A DNA stretch of 64,000 nucleotides. Origin: Candidatus Gastranaerophilaceae bacterium. Its GTDB lineage: Bacteria; Cyanobacteriota; Vampirovibrionia; Gastranaerophilales; Gastranaerophilaceae. The stretch spans positions 858-64,857 of the forward strand of contig JAVBNU010000026.1 in the NCBI GenBank assembly GCA_031551265.1, given 5' to 3'. Shown here in pieces: positions 39,144 to 48,033 of the stretch. The notes under the pieces were generated by a model. It was not told where the DNA came from. It did no database searches and worked only from the letters and a program-made list of their open reading frames with translations. Positions within the stretch are counted from its first letter, which is position 1. Each line of letters opens with the position of its first letter. The translations under genes and the position numbers were made by a program.

Positions 39144-40598
39144 GTGTTCAAAATTTTTATTGAGAGTTTTCTAGGGAAAATGCCTCAATGGTATAAGATA
39201 ACAATACTGATTTTTTTGATAATTAATCCGATTGTGTTCTTTTGTATCAGCCCGTTTTTGGCGGGGTGGATGCTGTTGCTGGAATTTATTTTCACTTTGT
39301 CGATGGCTTTAAAATGTTACCCTGTGCCTTCGGGCGGTCTTTTGGCGCTAGAGGCAGTGATAATAGGTCTTACGACGCCTGACGGGGTTTATAAGGAGGT
39401 GTCGGCTAATTTGCCGATAATATTGCTGTTGATATTTATGGTTGCCGGGATATATTATCTTAAAGATATTGTTTTTTTCGTTTTTACCAAACTTTTTGTG
39501 GCTATTAGAAATAAACAGGTTTTATCAATCACGTTTTGTCTGATATGCGCGTTATTGTCGGCGTTTCTTGATGCTTTGGCGCTTATGGCTGTTGTCATTG
39601 CGGTGTGCTTTAATTTCTACGCGATGTACCACAGAGTTGCCGGCGAGCTTATTGAGTCCGAAGATTCGCACTCTGAAATGCAGGAATTCAAAGGGTTTTT
39701 GCGTAATTTGATTATGCATGGCGCTGTAGGTACTATTTTAGGAGGCACGATGACTATTGTTGGCGAACCTCAGAATTTGATGATTGCGACAAAATTGGGC
39801 TGGTCTTTTGGAGAATTTTTCCGTAATTGTTCGATTATATCAGTGCCGGCTGCTATTTCGGGATTTATTTTGTGTCCGATTTTAGAAACGGCTAAATTTG
39901 GTGGCTTTGGCTATCAGCTGCCGCAGAGGGCTTATGAGGTTATTGCGCAGGATTCCGAAGCAAAATTCACAAAAATAAGCCAACAATCTCTATTTACCTA
40001 TATTTTGCAAGGGCTGGTTGCTATTTTGCTTTTCATCGCGATTGCTTTTCATATGGCGGAAGTCGGACTTATTGGTATTGCTCTGATTATAGTTATGTCT
40101 GCATTCAAGGGTTTGACGAAAGAACACGATTTTGCAGAGGCTTTTAATAACGCGATGCCCTTTGTGTTATTAATTGTGGTCTTTTTCGCTGTGCTTGCTG
40201 TGGTGCATGATCAAAATCTTGTCTCGCCTCTTGTCAATTGGGCACTGCATTTTAGCGGAAAAATTCAATTACTTGCGCTGTATCTTGTTAACGGCGTGTT
40301 ATCGTTAGTTAGTGATAATGTTTTTATTGCTTCTATTTTCATTAACGAGATAGAAAAAGCGTATAATCAGGGCTTATTTTCACAAGAATGGTACGACAAG
40401 CTGGCTATTATTGTTAACATGGGAACGAATATCCCAGCAATGGCTACTCCAAACGGGCATGCCGCACTTTTGTTTTTACTAACATCATCAATCGCGCCAT
40501 TGATAAATTTGTCGTACTGGCAAATGGTAAAACTCGCACTGCCGTACACTGTTGTTTTGACGATAACAGGAGCAATCGCAATATGTTTGTTTATGTAA
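39144..40598 (+). CDS. nhaB: Na+/H+ antiporter NhaB
   Basis: 484 aa. FLGKMPQWYKITILIFLIINPIVFF..AGWMLLLEFIFTLSMALKCYP...LSAFLDAL closely follows the NhaB N-terminal pattern as I remember it from E. coli. Confidence 0.85.
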   Translation: MFKIFIESFLGKMPQWYKITILIFLIINPIVFFCISPFLAGWMLLLEFIFTLSMALKCYPVPSGGLLALEAVIIGLTTPDGVYKEVSANLPIILLLIFMVAGIYYLKDIVFFVFTKLFVAIRNKQVLSITFCLICALLSAFLDALALMAVVIAVCFNFYAMYHRVAGELIESEDSHSEMQEFKGFLRNLIMHGAVGTILGGTMTIVGEPQNLMIATKLGWSFGEFFRNCSIISVPAAISGFILCPILETAKFGGFGYQLPQRAYEVIAQDSEAKFTKISQQSLFTYILQGLVAILLFIAIAFHMAEVGLIGIALIIVMSAFKGLTKEHDFAEAFNNAMPFVLLIVVFFAVLAVVHDQNLVSPLVNWALHFSGKIQLLALYLVNGVLSLVSDNVFIASIFINEIEKAYNQGLFSQEWYDKLAIIVNMGTNIPAMATPNGHAALLFLLTSSIAPLINLSYWQMVKLALPYTVVLTITGAIAICLFM

Positions 40599-40619
40599 TA
40601 AGACACGTAAAGGATTGAT

Positions 40620-41270
40620 ATGGAAAATTCTTGCTATAAATCTAAATTATTGGCCGTCGCAGTAAACAGCGACAAAGGGAATTATGTGCTTGATATTATG
40701 AAAAAAGCAGGCATATCAGGCTGTACAAAAGTTTTTGGGAAAGTTTGTGATGAAATGAGTGAGACTAACGTCTCTTGTGTTCAACAAAATATTTTGTTAA
40801 GTATAACCAACTCTGACCCAAACCCGATCATTGATGCGATAGCCAAAGCTGCGTTGGCAGATTGTAGCCTTAAAATTACTATAATGTTATTTGGCTCATT
40901 TAACTTTGATTTAAACGCAGATAGCTGCCCTGACGACACCTTAAAAAGGAGTACTCAAATGAAATCGAAAATGAATTTAATTGTGACGATTGTCAACAGA
41001 AGCCATACAACTGAACTTATGACGGCTGCGCGTGAAGCCGGCGCCAGAGGTGGCACAATTATTAACGCAAGAGGTACGGGCACCGAGGAAGATGCAAACT
41101 TTTTTGGAATTAGTCTGGCTCCCGAAAAAGAAATGCTGCTGATTCTCTCGAAAGCCGAAGATACTCAACAAATTGTTGACGCTATAAAAAATCAACCAAT
41201 ATTCAATGAACGCGGCGCCGGAATTGTCTTTACGCTAAACGCAGAACAGGCGTTTTTCTTTAATGAATAA
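40620..41270 (+). CDS. tandem PII(GlnB)-like domain protein
   Basis: 216 aa. The second half (LIVTIVNRSHTTELMTAAREAGARGGTIINARGTGTEED..FFGISLAPEKEMLLILS...IVDAI) matches the PII beta-alpha-beta pattern, and the first half repeats it weakly. Confidence 0.5.
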   Translation: MENSCYKSKLLAVAVNSDKGNYVLDIMKKAGISGCTKVFGKVCDEMSETNVSCVQQNILLSITNSDPNPIIDAIAKAALADCSLKITIMLFGSFNFDLNADSCPDDTLKRSTQMKSKMNLIVTIVNRSHTTELMTAAREAGARGGTIINARGTGTEEDANFFGISLAPEKEMLLILSKAEDTQQIVDAIKNQPIFNERGAGIVFTLNAEQAFFFNE

Positions 41271-41275
41271 AAATA

Positions 41276-41295
41276 TCGGAACGACAGGATTTGAA
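41276..41295. repeat. att remnant: 20-nt copy of the tRNA-Pro 3' end
   Basis: TCGGAACGACAGGATTTGAA is identical to 61356-61375 and 49149-49168. Confidence 0.75.
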
Positions 41296-41402
41296 ACTCA
41301 TTCCGTGAATTACTAAAAACAAAAAAACCAGTAAAATCAAGGGTTTGGAGAAATTACATTTTCTCTGAATTGAATGTTTTACCCTTGAATTTTATGTTTT
41401 CA

Positions 41403-41419
41403 AGTACATATGAAGTACA
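41403..41419 (+). repeat. arm-type repeat, element A left arm
   Basis: AGTACATATGAAGTACA: two AGTACA hexamers 11 bp apart. Confidence 0.55.
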
Positions 41420-41620
41420 CAAAAACCTACCCTATTTCATGCGGGTTTCCATAATTATACCATATAAACTACCTACAGTCATCATTTAATCGCTTAACGA
41501 GCCTCCTACACGCGCTGTAAATATGATTATAAGTTGGTTTAGATGCACTTCACTTTTTAGCCTATATATTTTTTACTTTTTCGCCTATTTCTATTCGACA
41601 TTCCGCGGGGAGTATACTTC

Positions 41621-41702
41621 ACAAATTGCGGGTATGTCATTCGGCATTTCGCGAGGGTAATGCTTTACAAATCGCGGACATTCTACTTTACAAATCGCGG
41701 GA
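41621..41702 (+). repeat. three ACAAAT(T/C)GCGG direct repeats upstream of the ATPase gene
   Basis: Copies lie at 41621-41632, 41667-41678 and 41690-41702. The last two are CTTTACAAATCGCGG, 23 bp apart. Confidence 0.5.
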
Positions 41703-41721
41703 TTTACGATATGATAATCTT

Positions 41722-42939
41722 ATGAAAAAGCGATGGCAGGAAAAAGGAATATACAGGGCTTTACAGATAACACGTGTTGTCATGCTCTCTGGTGCGCGGC
41801 AATGCGGTAAAACAACACTTGCGAAGCACATTGTATCAAAGGATTATAAGTACGTAACGCTAGATGACCCATATATTATGGAAGCCGCCAAATTTGACCC
41901 TTCAAACTTTGTTAAGCACGACAAGAAAACCATGATAATTGACGAGATACAGCACGTTCCAGAACTAATACTAGGTATAAAAATAGCTGTAGATAACGAC
42001 AACCGCAAAGGACAATATTTAATTACAGGGTCGGCTAATATTTACAATTTACCCACTGTTAAAGAATCTTTGGCTGGGAGAATAAGTCGAGTACGTCTAA
42101 GACCCTTCGCATATGGGGAAATTGTGGGCAATCCACCCATGCTATTACAACGTCTGAAAGATAAGGATTTTATCAGTAATAAAAATTATGATAAAAAAAG
42201 TATTATGGAAATTGCTATGAGGGGTGGGTTTCCTGAACCGCTGACTTTGGGCTCGTCTAAAATTAAAGATTGGTATAAAGGTTATATTGAAACCCTTGTA
42301 ATGAAAGACCTTAGCGATATTACAAACATTAAAAGACAGGATAAACTTCAAAAATTGGTCGAAATCACAGCGGCATTTTCGTCTAAATTTATGGATAAAT
42401 CTCATGTGGCTTCAAGTTTAGGAATTTCGCGCTCAACACTGGACAGTTATTTAAACTGGCTTGAAAATATCTACCTGACAGATAGGCTACAACCATGGTA
42501 CAAGACAGATTACGAACGTGTAAGCAAGCAAAGCAAGCTGTTTATAAACGACACAGGACTAATGAGCACCATACTAAACTGGAAATTATCTGACCTTGAG
42601 TATGATGTAGACAAGCAAGGTAAGCTAATGGAGACATTTGTGTATAATCAAATTATTGCACAGATTGATTTACAGCCATATGATGTATCGTTGTATCACT
42701 ACAGGGATAGGGAGAAAAGAGAAATTGATTTTATAATAGAAACACCCGATGAGATTATAGGCATTGAGGTTAAAGCGGGTAAAGCGTTTGACAAAGGTTT
42801 CTTCAAGCACCTAAAATGGTTTAAAGCCAACTTGGCGAAGGGTAAGAAATTTTCGGGTATCATACTTTACACAGGGGAACATGCGATGTCTTTAAGTGAT
42901 GATATGCACCTTGTACCGATTAACAACTTGTGGGAGTAG
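41722..42939 (+). CDS. AAA-family ATPase (AAA_14/DUF4143-type)
   Basis: Track ORF trimmed to MKKRWQEKGIYRAL. Walker A is SGARQCGKTT and Walker B is MIIDEIQ. The C-terminal REKREIDFIIE...IGIEVKAG is typical of the DUF4143 nuclease-like tail. Confidence 0.7.
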   Translation: MKKRWQEKGIYRALQITRVVMLSGARQCGKTTLAKHIVSKDYKYVTLDDPYIMEAAKFDPSNFVKHDKKTMIIDEIQHVPELILGIKIAVDNDNRKGQYLITGSANIYNLPTVKESLAGRISRVRLRPFAYGEIVGNPPMLLQRLKDKDFISNKNYDKKSIMEIAMRGGFPEPLTLGSSKIKDWYKGYIETLVMKDLSDITNIKRQDKLQKLVEITAAFSSKFMDKSHVASSLGISRSTLDSYLNWLENIYLTDRLQPWYKTDYERVSKQSKLFINDTGLMSTILNWKLSDLEYDVDKQGKLMETFVYNQIIAQIDLQPYDVSLYHYRDREKREIDFIIETPDEIIGIEVKAGKAFDKGFFKHLKWFKANLAKGKKFSGIILYTGEHAMSLSDDMHLVPINNLWE

Positions 42940-43051
42940 CTTTTACGTCATACTTCATGGTTTGTATTTTTGATAAGTATAAACTATGAACTTAAAATAA
43001 CACGACAATTTTTATTCTCTTATTTCAGTTTCGACTGTAAAACTGAAATAA

Positions 43052-43243
43052 CTATTTTTTGTCATCATCCCCAAAGAGTCCGCTAAAAATTCCTTCAAAT
43101 ATTTTTTGAAGGATGTCCAGTCCTATCCATATCAATGCTACCACTGCTAGGAACGAAAATAGAAGATGAGCGCCACCGTATAGTTTGATTTCGCCAAACA
43201 CTAAGGTCAGGGCTATGAAAATCAGGAACCATACGAAACTCAT
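43052..43243 (-). CDS. small two-TM membrane protein (63 aa)
   Basis: It has two hydrophobic helices (FVWFLIFIALTLVF and LLFSFLAVVALIWIGL) and an acidic/basic tail (DDDKK). Confidence 0.5.
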   Translation of the reverse strand: MSFVWFLIFIALTLVFGEIKLYGGAHLLFSFLAVVALIWIGLDILQKIFEGIFSGLFGDDDKK

Positions 43244-43273
43244 AGGCGTGCCTCCTCTGCTTTGATAATTCTG

Positions 43274-43489
43274 CTAATCAATTTCGACCGCCTGCTCGAT
43301 TATGTTCTTTATGGCTGTGATGCTCTGCTCAAGGCTCTCAACAAGCGCAAACATTGACTTAAATTCCCTATTCATTGAATATGGAACTTCTGAAAGCCCC
43401 CACAGTATATCGTTCAGGGCAAAGACCAAGCCTTGTGCGTTAGATACTCGCTCTAATAAAGCGATTGTGTTGTTAGGTGTTTCTTCCAT
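43274..43489 (-). CDS. small helical hypothetical protein (71 aa)
   Basis: ORF directly upstream of, and co-oriented with, the 63-aa membrane ORF. Confidence 0.45.
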   Translation of the reverse strand: MEETPNNTIALLERVSNAQGLVFALNDILWGLSEVPYSMNREFKSMFALVESLEQSITAIKNIIEQAVEID

Positions 43490-43560
43490 GCTATATTCCT
43501 TTTTTAAATGTAACTTTTATCATTATACATCATTATTGATAGAGTACAACATTCATGATA

Positions 43561-43590
43561 GATAGATTTACATTTCTTAAAAAATCTATC
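43561..43590. promoter_or_regulatory. 9-bp inverted repeat in the divergent control region
   Basis: GATAGATTT-N12-AAATCTATC. Confidence 0.5.
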
Positions 43591-43597
43591 AACTATG

Positions 43598-43626
43598 TTG
43601 TACTAAATTTGCCAGTCGTGTATAGT
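43598..43626 (+). promoter_or_regulatory. sigma70-like promoter placed for a leaderless transcript
   Basis: TTGTAC-17 nt-TATAGT. The ATG at 43633 lies only 6 nt after the -10 hexamer. Confidence 0.4.
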
Positions 43627-43632
43627 GATAAT

Positions 43633-44019
43633 ATGACCAAGCACAAGCCAAAAGAATTGAATACCTTTGAAAAGAAGCTAAAAGACGACCTCGAAGAACG
43701 GTTTAAAGCGAAAGAGGTTAGCTTTTCAGTGTTTATTAATGAGTTAAGAGAGGATATGCCCACTGGCACAGAGAAGCCGAAGTTTGACGATTATAAAAAT
43801 AAATATAAAGCGGAGCGTTTGAAACTCCTACGTGCCTCATTCTCATACGACGAAGTACGGAAAATGCTTGATATAATTGGATATAGGATAGTCTTTACAG
43901 TCGCCGAGAAGACCATAACCCCCGCCAAAACCGTTTTAAAGGATATGAAAGTAAGATATACCGATGTCATGGCGGTTTGTGAGTTGCTAGGGATAGAGAT
44001 TGACTGGGTTGAAAAATAA
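43633..44019 (+). CDS. hypothetical protein, possible DNA-binding regulator
   Basis: Track ORF 43555..44019 trimmed to MTKHKPKEL. The C-terminal VCELLGIEIDWVEK resembles the end of an XRE-type HTH. Confidence 0.4.
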   Translation: MTKHKPKELNTFEKKLKDDLEERFKAKEVSFSVFINELREDMPTGTEKPKFDDYKNKYKAERLKLLRASFSYDEVRKMLDIIGYRIVFTVAEKTITPAKTVLKDMKVRYTDVMAVCELLGIEIDWVEK

Positions 44020-44354
44020 CCCACACCGCAGAGCCTTGTAAGCGCCCGATAAGACGCATTTCAGGGCTATTATATAATGTTTGGTTGACGTTATAAATGC
44101 CCTTTGGCTACGCTGAAAGCCATTTAGTGACACGCTTCTAGTCACTTTCTCATGCGTGCCGATATATTTAATATTCCCTTAAATGACCTCATAGATGGGG
44201 TTAAAGGCGCTTTCCCTGTGCGTCTATATCTTAAAAGTGGTGTTTTTTTCATTTTTCGCATGGCTCGACCGCCGTAAACAAAAAAGACATGCATACATTC
44301 TAAGTTAGGACAGTAAAAAAGGAGTTCTAATTTATGAAAAATAGAGTTGTCACT

Positions 44355-44483
44355 GTGCGGGTTGATGACAAGTTGGCGGATTTGTTAGATGAATTGCGTG
44401 ACGAACATCATATAAACATCAGTGATTTGGTTCGCCATATTTTGATGGATGCGCTTTTTGGCAGAGAGGGAAATAATAGATGA
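44355..44483 (+). CDS. ribbon-helix-helix protein (start uncertain or frame-broken)
   Basis: The open frame from 44337 reads ..NRVVTVRVDDKLADLLDELRDEHHINISDLVRHILMDALFGREGNNR. The good RBS and ATG (44333) are one frame off across an A6 run. The only in-frame start is the GTG at 44355. The stop overlaps the next ATG (ATGA). Confidence 0.45.
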   Translation: MRVDDKLADLLDELRDEHHINISDLVRHILMDALFGREGNNR

Positions 44484-45856
44484 ATTCTGTTCCCTTAAAT
44501 ACAGTTGGTGTTACTAAACATATATACCTACGCAGTATTGATATGACTAAACTAGATATTTGTGTAGGCGTAAGATACTTACTAGAGTACGTGAATAAGG
44601 TTTGTGATTCTGTTTGCATCACTGATAAAAAGAAGTATGTTAATAGGTTGTATGACCTCATCAACCTTATGGATAAGGATATTTTTAAGTATAGTGATTT
44701 TCTAAGTGAGGTTGATTTTTTAAAGAATAATGGCTTGACTTTGTATTCCTACTTGCCAAGTATAGAGCACTACATAGAGGATATAAGGACAGGTAATTTG
44801 TTTGAATCTCTTTCTATAAAGCCTTGTAGAGTTTATGGTCATAAGAAAAAGAGGTCAATCATTGATGATGAAAGTGACCTCAAACTGAATAATATTTATT
44901 TTTACTTTAATAATATATATGAAAAAATATCACCAGTTCATGCGATTAAGATTACTAAGATTATCCTATTTTTAATGATGTGTCATATATTTAAGGATAT
45001 TTCTTTATCTCATAATGTAAGATATTCATTTTTCGATTTAATTAAACCTATAGTGACTGGCTGTATTATTAATACGGACTTTGCCCTAAAAGGCAGGGTT
45101 TACAGTGATTATATGTTAGGGATGTTACAGTTGACACCCAATCACGTAGATAATAAGTTGACGATAAGAAAAAATACTAATCATCCATGTATTGAATTTC
45201 ACTACAACAATGACGAAGCTGATTTTTTGTTTCCAAGTTATGATGACATGCCTGTGAAAGATGTGAAAATGACCAATTATTTAAGGTATCTCAACGATAG
45301 GGATAACCAAAAGTCCATACCCATAACTAATTCCAGTTCATATATTACGTTAAGAGTTTATGGGGAATCCGATACCATGAAGGTGCATCTGACACTTAAG
45401 GGTATAAATATATTAAGAGAATTGCCCGAGTGTTTTACTATATTTGATATTCCCTATTCTCTCGAAGACGAAAATAATATTATACAGATGACTTATTATA
45501 TGTTCATCCTGATGTTGGAGCATACAGCGCAGCTTAGGTGGAATGAGTTTACTTATGATGTGGATGAGTTTGAAAGCCTTGCTACATATGATGAGATTGC
45601 TCTTATTAGACACCTTCAAAAGAAATACAATATAGACAGAGGCTTGTGTAGCCGTGTTATTAAGGCTATTGAACTGGCTAACCTCGCAGAAAGTGCTGTT
45701 GATGCCTACATTCGTAAGCGCTACAACTCCTGTAGCGATTCACACCAAATCCAAGACCTTAAAATGATGATTCAGGATGTGAAAGACTTTCAGGCATCTA
45801 ATCCGCCTATTAACCCTGTACAGGAGTTATACAAACGATTGGATAGTTCAAGGTAA
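44480..45856 (+). CDS. hypothetical protein (458 aa), no recognisable motif
   Basis: Long ORF with a 4-nt overlap with the upstream RHH ORF. Confidence 0.6.
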   Translation: MNSVPLNTVGVTKHIYLRSIDMTKLDICVGVRYLLEYVNKVCDSVCITDKKKYVNRLYDLINLMDKDIFKYSDFLSEVDFLKNNGLTLYSYLPSIEHYIEDIRTGNLFESLSIKPCRVYGHKKKRSIIDDESDLKLNNIYFYFNNIYEKISPVHAIKITKIILFLMMCHIFKDISLSHNVRYSFFDLIKPIVTGCIINTDFALKGRVYSDYMLGMLQLTPNHVDNKLTIRKNTNHPCIEFHYNNDEADFLFPSYDDMPVKDVKMTNYLRYLNDRDNQKSIPITNSSSYITLRVYGESDTMKVHLTLKGINILRELPECFTIFDIPYSLEDENNIIQMTYYMFILMLEHTAQLRWNEFTYDVDEFESLATYDEIALIRHLQKKYNIDRGLCSRVIKAIELANLAESAVDAYIRKRYNSCSDSHQIQDLKMMIQDVKDFQASNPPINPVQELYKRLDSSR

Positions 45857-45860
45857 GGAA

Positions 45861-47102
45861 ATGTTTTGTGAGGTAAAGGTTGACAAATTACGCTTTTGCA
45901 TAAATCGAATAAAATTACATGAACTGTTCCCATTGTTCGATATTTCGTGTATAGAGCGGAATTTAGAGCACTACTATGGGAAGATAGCGGGCAGAAAGTT
46001 CACAAAATCTGGGAATCTGATTATCGACATTACCCCCACAAGGCAGTTGAGAGAAGGGAAATACGTCAAGAACAACCTACAAATGCCCTCTGAACGAGTA
46101 TTTAACCAAGGTTTAAGCGGTATTATCCCTGATGTAGCGGTTCAAGGGATTGTGAGCATAACGAAATTACACTTAACGATTGATTTACGCTTGAGTGTAC
46201 CAACCTGTGCCTGCATAGAAATGCTATCCTGTCTTAAGTATAGGCGGCTGATAGCCCTTCAACTTTCTTCTAGTAAGCATAATGCCTCACTCTGCTTGAC
46301 TCATTCCAAACACGATATTAGGGAAAGAGACTCCACAGGAGCGCTAGTGTTCAAGTTCTACGCCAAAGAGCAGGAATACAAGGATAAACACAACTGCGAT
46401 ACCCTTGTGAATCTTAATGAACGCCTATCAGCACAGACAGCTAAGACTTTAGGAGCCTCCTATGACCGTATTAATAATACATTCGACATTGAAGGTCAAA
46501 ATCTCCTACGCGTAGAAATACAATTAGAAGACGCCAGCCAACTAAAAAAAGTTAATAAATTTCTGACCGACAATGATGGACGATTATTACTAAGCACCTT
46601 GACTGATAAAGCCAGTAACAACGTTCTTTACAGTAAGTTAGATGAGATTTTTAAGTGGTATTTAAAGGAATATGTATTTTACCGCAAGCCTGTTGCTGCA
46701 AACGAAAAATATACTGATGATGAGTTAGTCGCTGAACTACTGGAAAAGAGCGGTAGGCTTGACGTTTACAACGCTAGATTTAAAGATTTGGGAGAAGTTA
46801 AGAAATTTAAGAAATTGAGCAGTAAAATCGCTAACGTAGCCCCCACAAACCCCTTGTATAGCGAGTTATACCATTTATTATTTGATGAGCCTAACCCCAA
46901 TATCAGCACAAAAAATGAGCACGCCCAAAAGGACACTACCTCAACCGCTTTGATGGTGGTGTTTAGCGGAATTCACTCCATAGGGAAGGTGTATAGGGCA
47001 TCCATGAGAAATGTCGACGCTCGTGTGAGCGCCCTAAAGCGGTACACCCTCCCCATTGGCTACCCTGTGCCCTATTCTGTGCCGTATTGGGATGATAGTT
47101 GA
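45861..47102 (+). CDS. possible Rep_trans-type replication initiator/relaxase
   Basis: 413 aa. VDKLRFCI at the N-terminus, VFKFYAKEQE and LLRVEIQLED resemble the xYDKxxE and RxExxL blocks of Rep_trans / phage gene II-like initiators. This is from memory only. Confidence 0.35.
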   Translation: MFCEVKVDKLRFCINRIKLHELFPLFDISCIERNLEHYYGKIAGRKFTKSGNLIIDITPTRQLREGKYVKNNLQMPSERVFNQGLSGIIPDVAVQGIVSITKLHLTIDLRLSVPTCACIEMLSCLKYRRLIALQLSSSKHNASLCLTHSKHDIRERDSTGALVFKFYAKEQEYKDKHNCDTLVNLNERLSAQTAKTLGASYDRINNTFDIEGQNLLRVEIQLEDASQLKKVNKFLTDNDGRLLLSTLTDKASNNVLYSKLDEIFKWYLKEYVFYRKPVAANEKYTDDELVAELLEKSGRLDVYNARFKDLGEVKKFKKLSSKIANVAPTNPLYSELYHLLFDEPNPNISTKNEHAQKDTTSTALMVVFSGIHSIGKVYRASMRNVDARVSALKRYTLPIGYPVPYSVPYWDDS

Positions 47103-47121
47103 TATTTATCCTTATAAATAA

Positions 47122-47652
47122 TTATTTAGGGAGACTTTCAAGAAATTTGTTCAGTTCAGGTATTCCAAAACGTATAAGCATGTCTTTAATTTCAGCTGTT
47201 TTTGTAGGGTCATAATGAACACCTAATGATTTCTTGGAACGTTCCGAACCAAGTTCAAAGCTTGTTATATAATTAAATATACTAAAATCTATGTATGATT
47301 TTACTTGATTTAGTACATCATATGGAACACCGTACATTAAAAGAGCAGAATCCAAGGACTTTATTTTATCTGTGTTTTTTTTATCATTCAAGGTCTTAAC
47401 GGCAAGTAATTCCAAGAACGCATCCGAGGACAAGCCTAAAGCCTTCGCAAGAGAGACTAATGTATATATATTGGGCATTTTATTATTATAATTTTCTAAT
47501 GCTGATATAGCCCCTGTGCTAACACCTGATTCCTTTGATAGCTTGTCGGTTGACCAACCTAACTCATCGCGCTTCATTTTTATGGTGCCGCCAATGCCCT
47601 TGATTATACATTTAAGCTCTGTTTCTAGTAGTTCCTGCTGTGTTTTATCCAT
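47122..47652 (-). CDS. XRE/CI-like HTH repressor
   Basis: Track ORF trimmed to MDKTQQ after GGAGGG. The HTH is WSTDKLSKESGVSTGAISALENYNN. It is divergent from xis-int. Confidence 0.7.
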   Translation of the reverse strand: MDKTQQELLETELKCIIKGIGGTIKMKRDELGWSTDKLSKESGVSTGAISALENYNNKMPNIYTLVSLAKALGLSSDAFLELLAVKTLNDKKNTDKIKSLDSALLMYGVPYDVLNQVKSYIDFSIFNYITSFELGSERSKKSLGVHYDPTKTAEIKDMLIRFGIPELNKFLESLPK

Positions 47653-47765
47653 TTTAAGCCCTCCATGCCTTTTATTATACCACAAGCTTCATTGAAAATT
47701 ACATATTCGTTAAAAAGTTGAAGATTCAACTTATATTCATTATAAAATACGTATTCTTTAAAAGG

Positions 47766-47794
47766 TTGACTAAATTTAATTCATATGTTATAGT
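47766..47794 (+). promoter_or_regulatory. near-consensus promoter for xis-int of element A
   Basis: TTGACT-17 nt-TATAGT, followed by AGGAG and the ATG at 47833. Confidence 0.5.
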
Positions 47795-47832
47795 GAATAT
47801 ATAATTTAAAGAGAATAAAAAGGAGATAAATT

Positions 47833-48033
47833 ATGACCCCAAACTTAGGATTAATTACATTAAAACAAGCAAGTGACTTGTTTCCAGACAAACCTTGTGA
47901 AGCGACAATCAGAACATGGAAGCGCAGGGAAGACCTACCACCATTTATTTTTAAGAAAATAGGCGGTACGGTGTACGTCATCTTAAATAAACTGGTTGAA
48001 TGGATTGAAAACCCAACACAGGACGCAGCATGA
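47833..48033 (+). CDS. excisionase/AlpA-like small DNA-binding protein
   Basis: 66 aa lying immediately upstream of, and overlapping, the integrase gene by 4 nt. Sequence: ITLKQASDLF....TIRTWKRR. Confidence 0.6.
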   Translation: MTPNLGLITLKQASDLFPDKPCEATIRTWKRREDLPPFIFKKIGGTVYVILNKLVEWIENPTQDAA

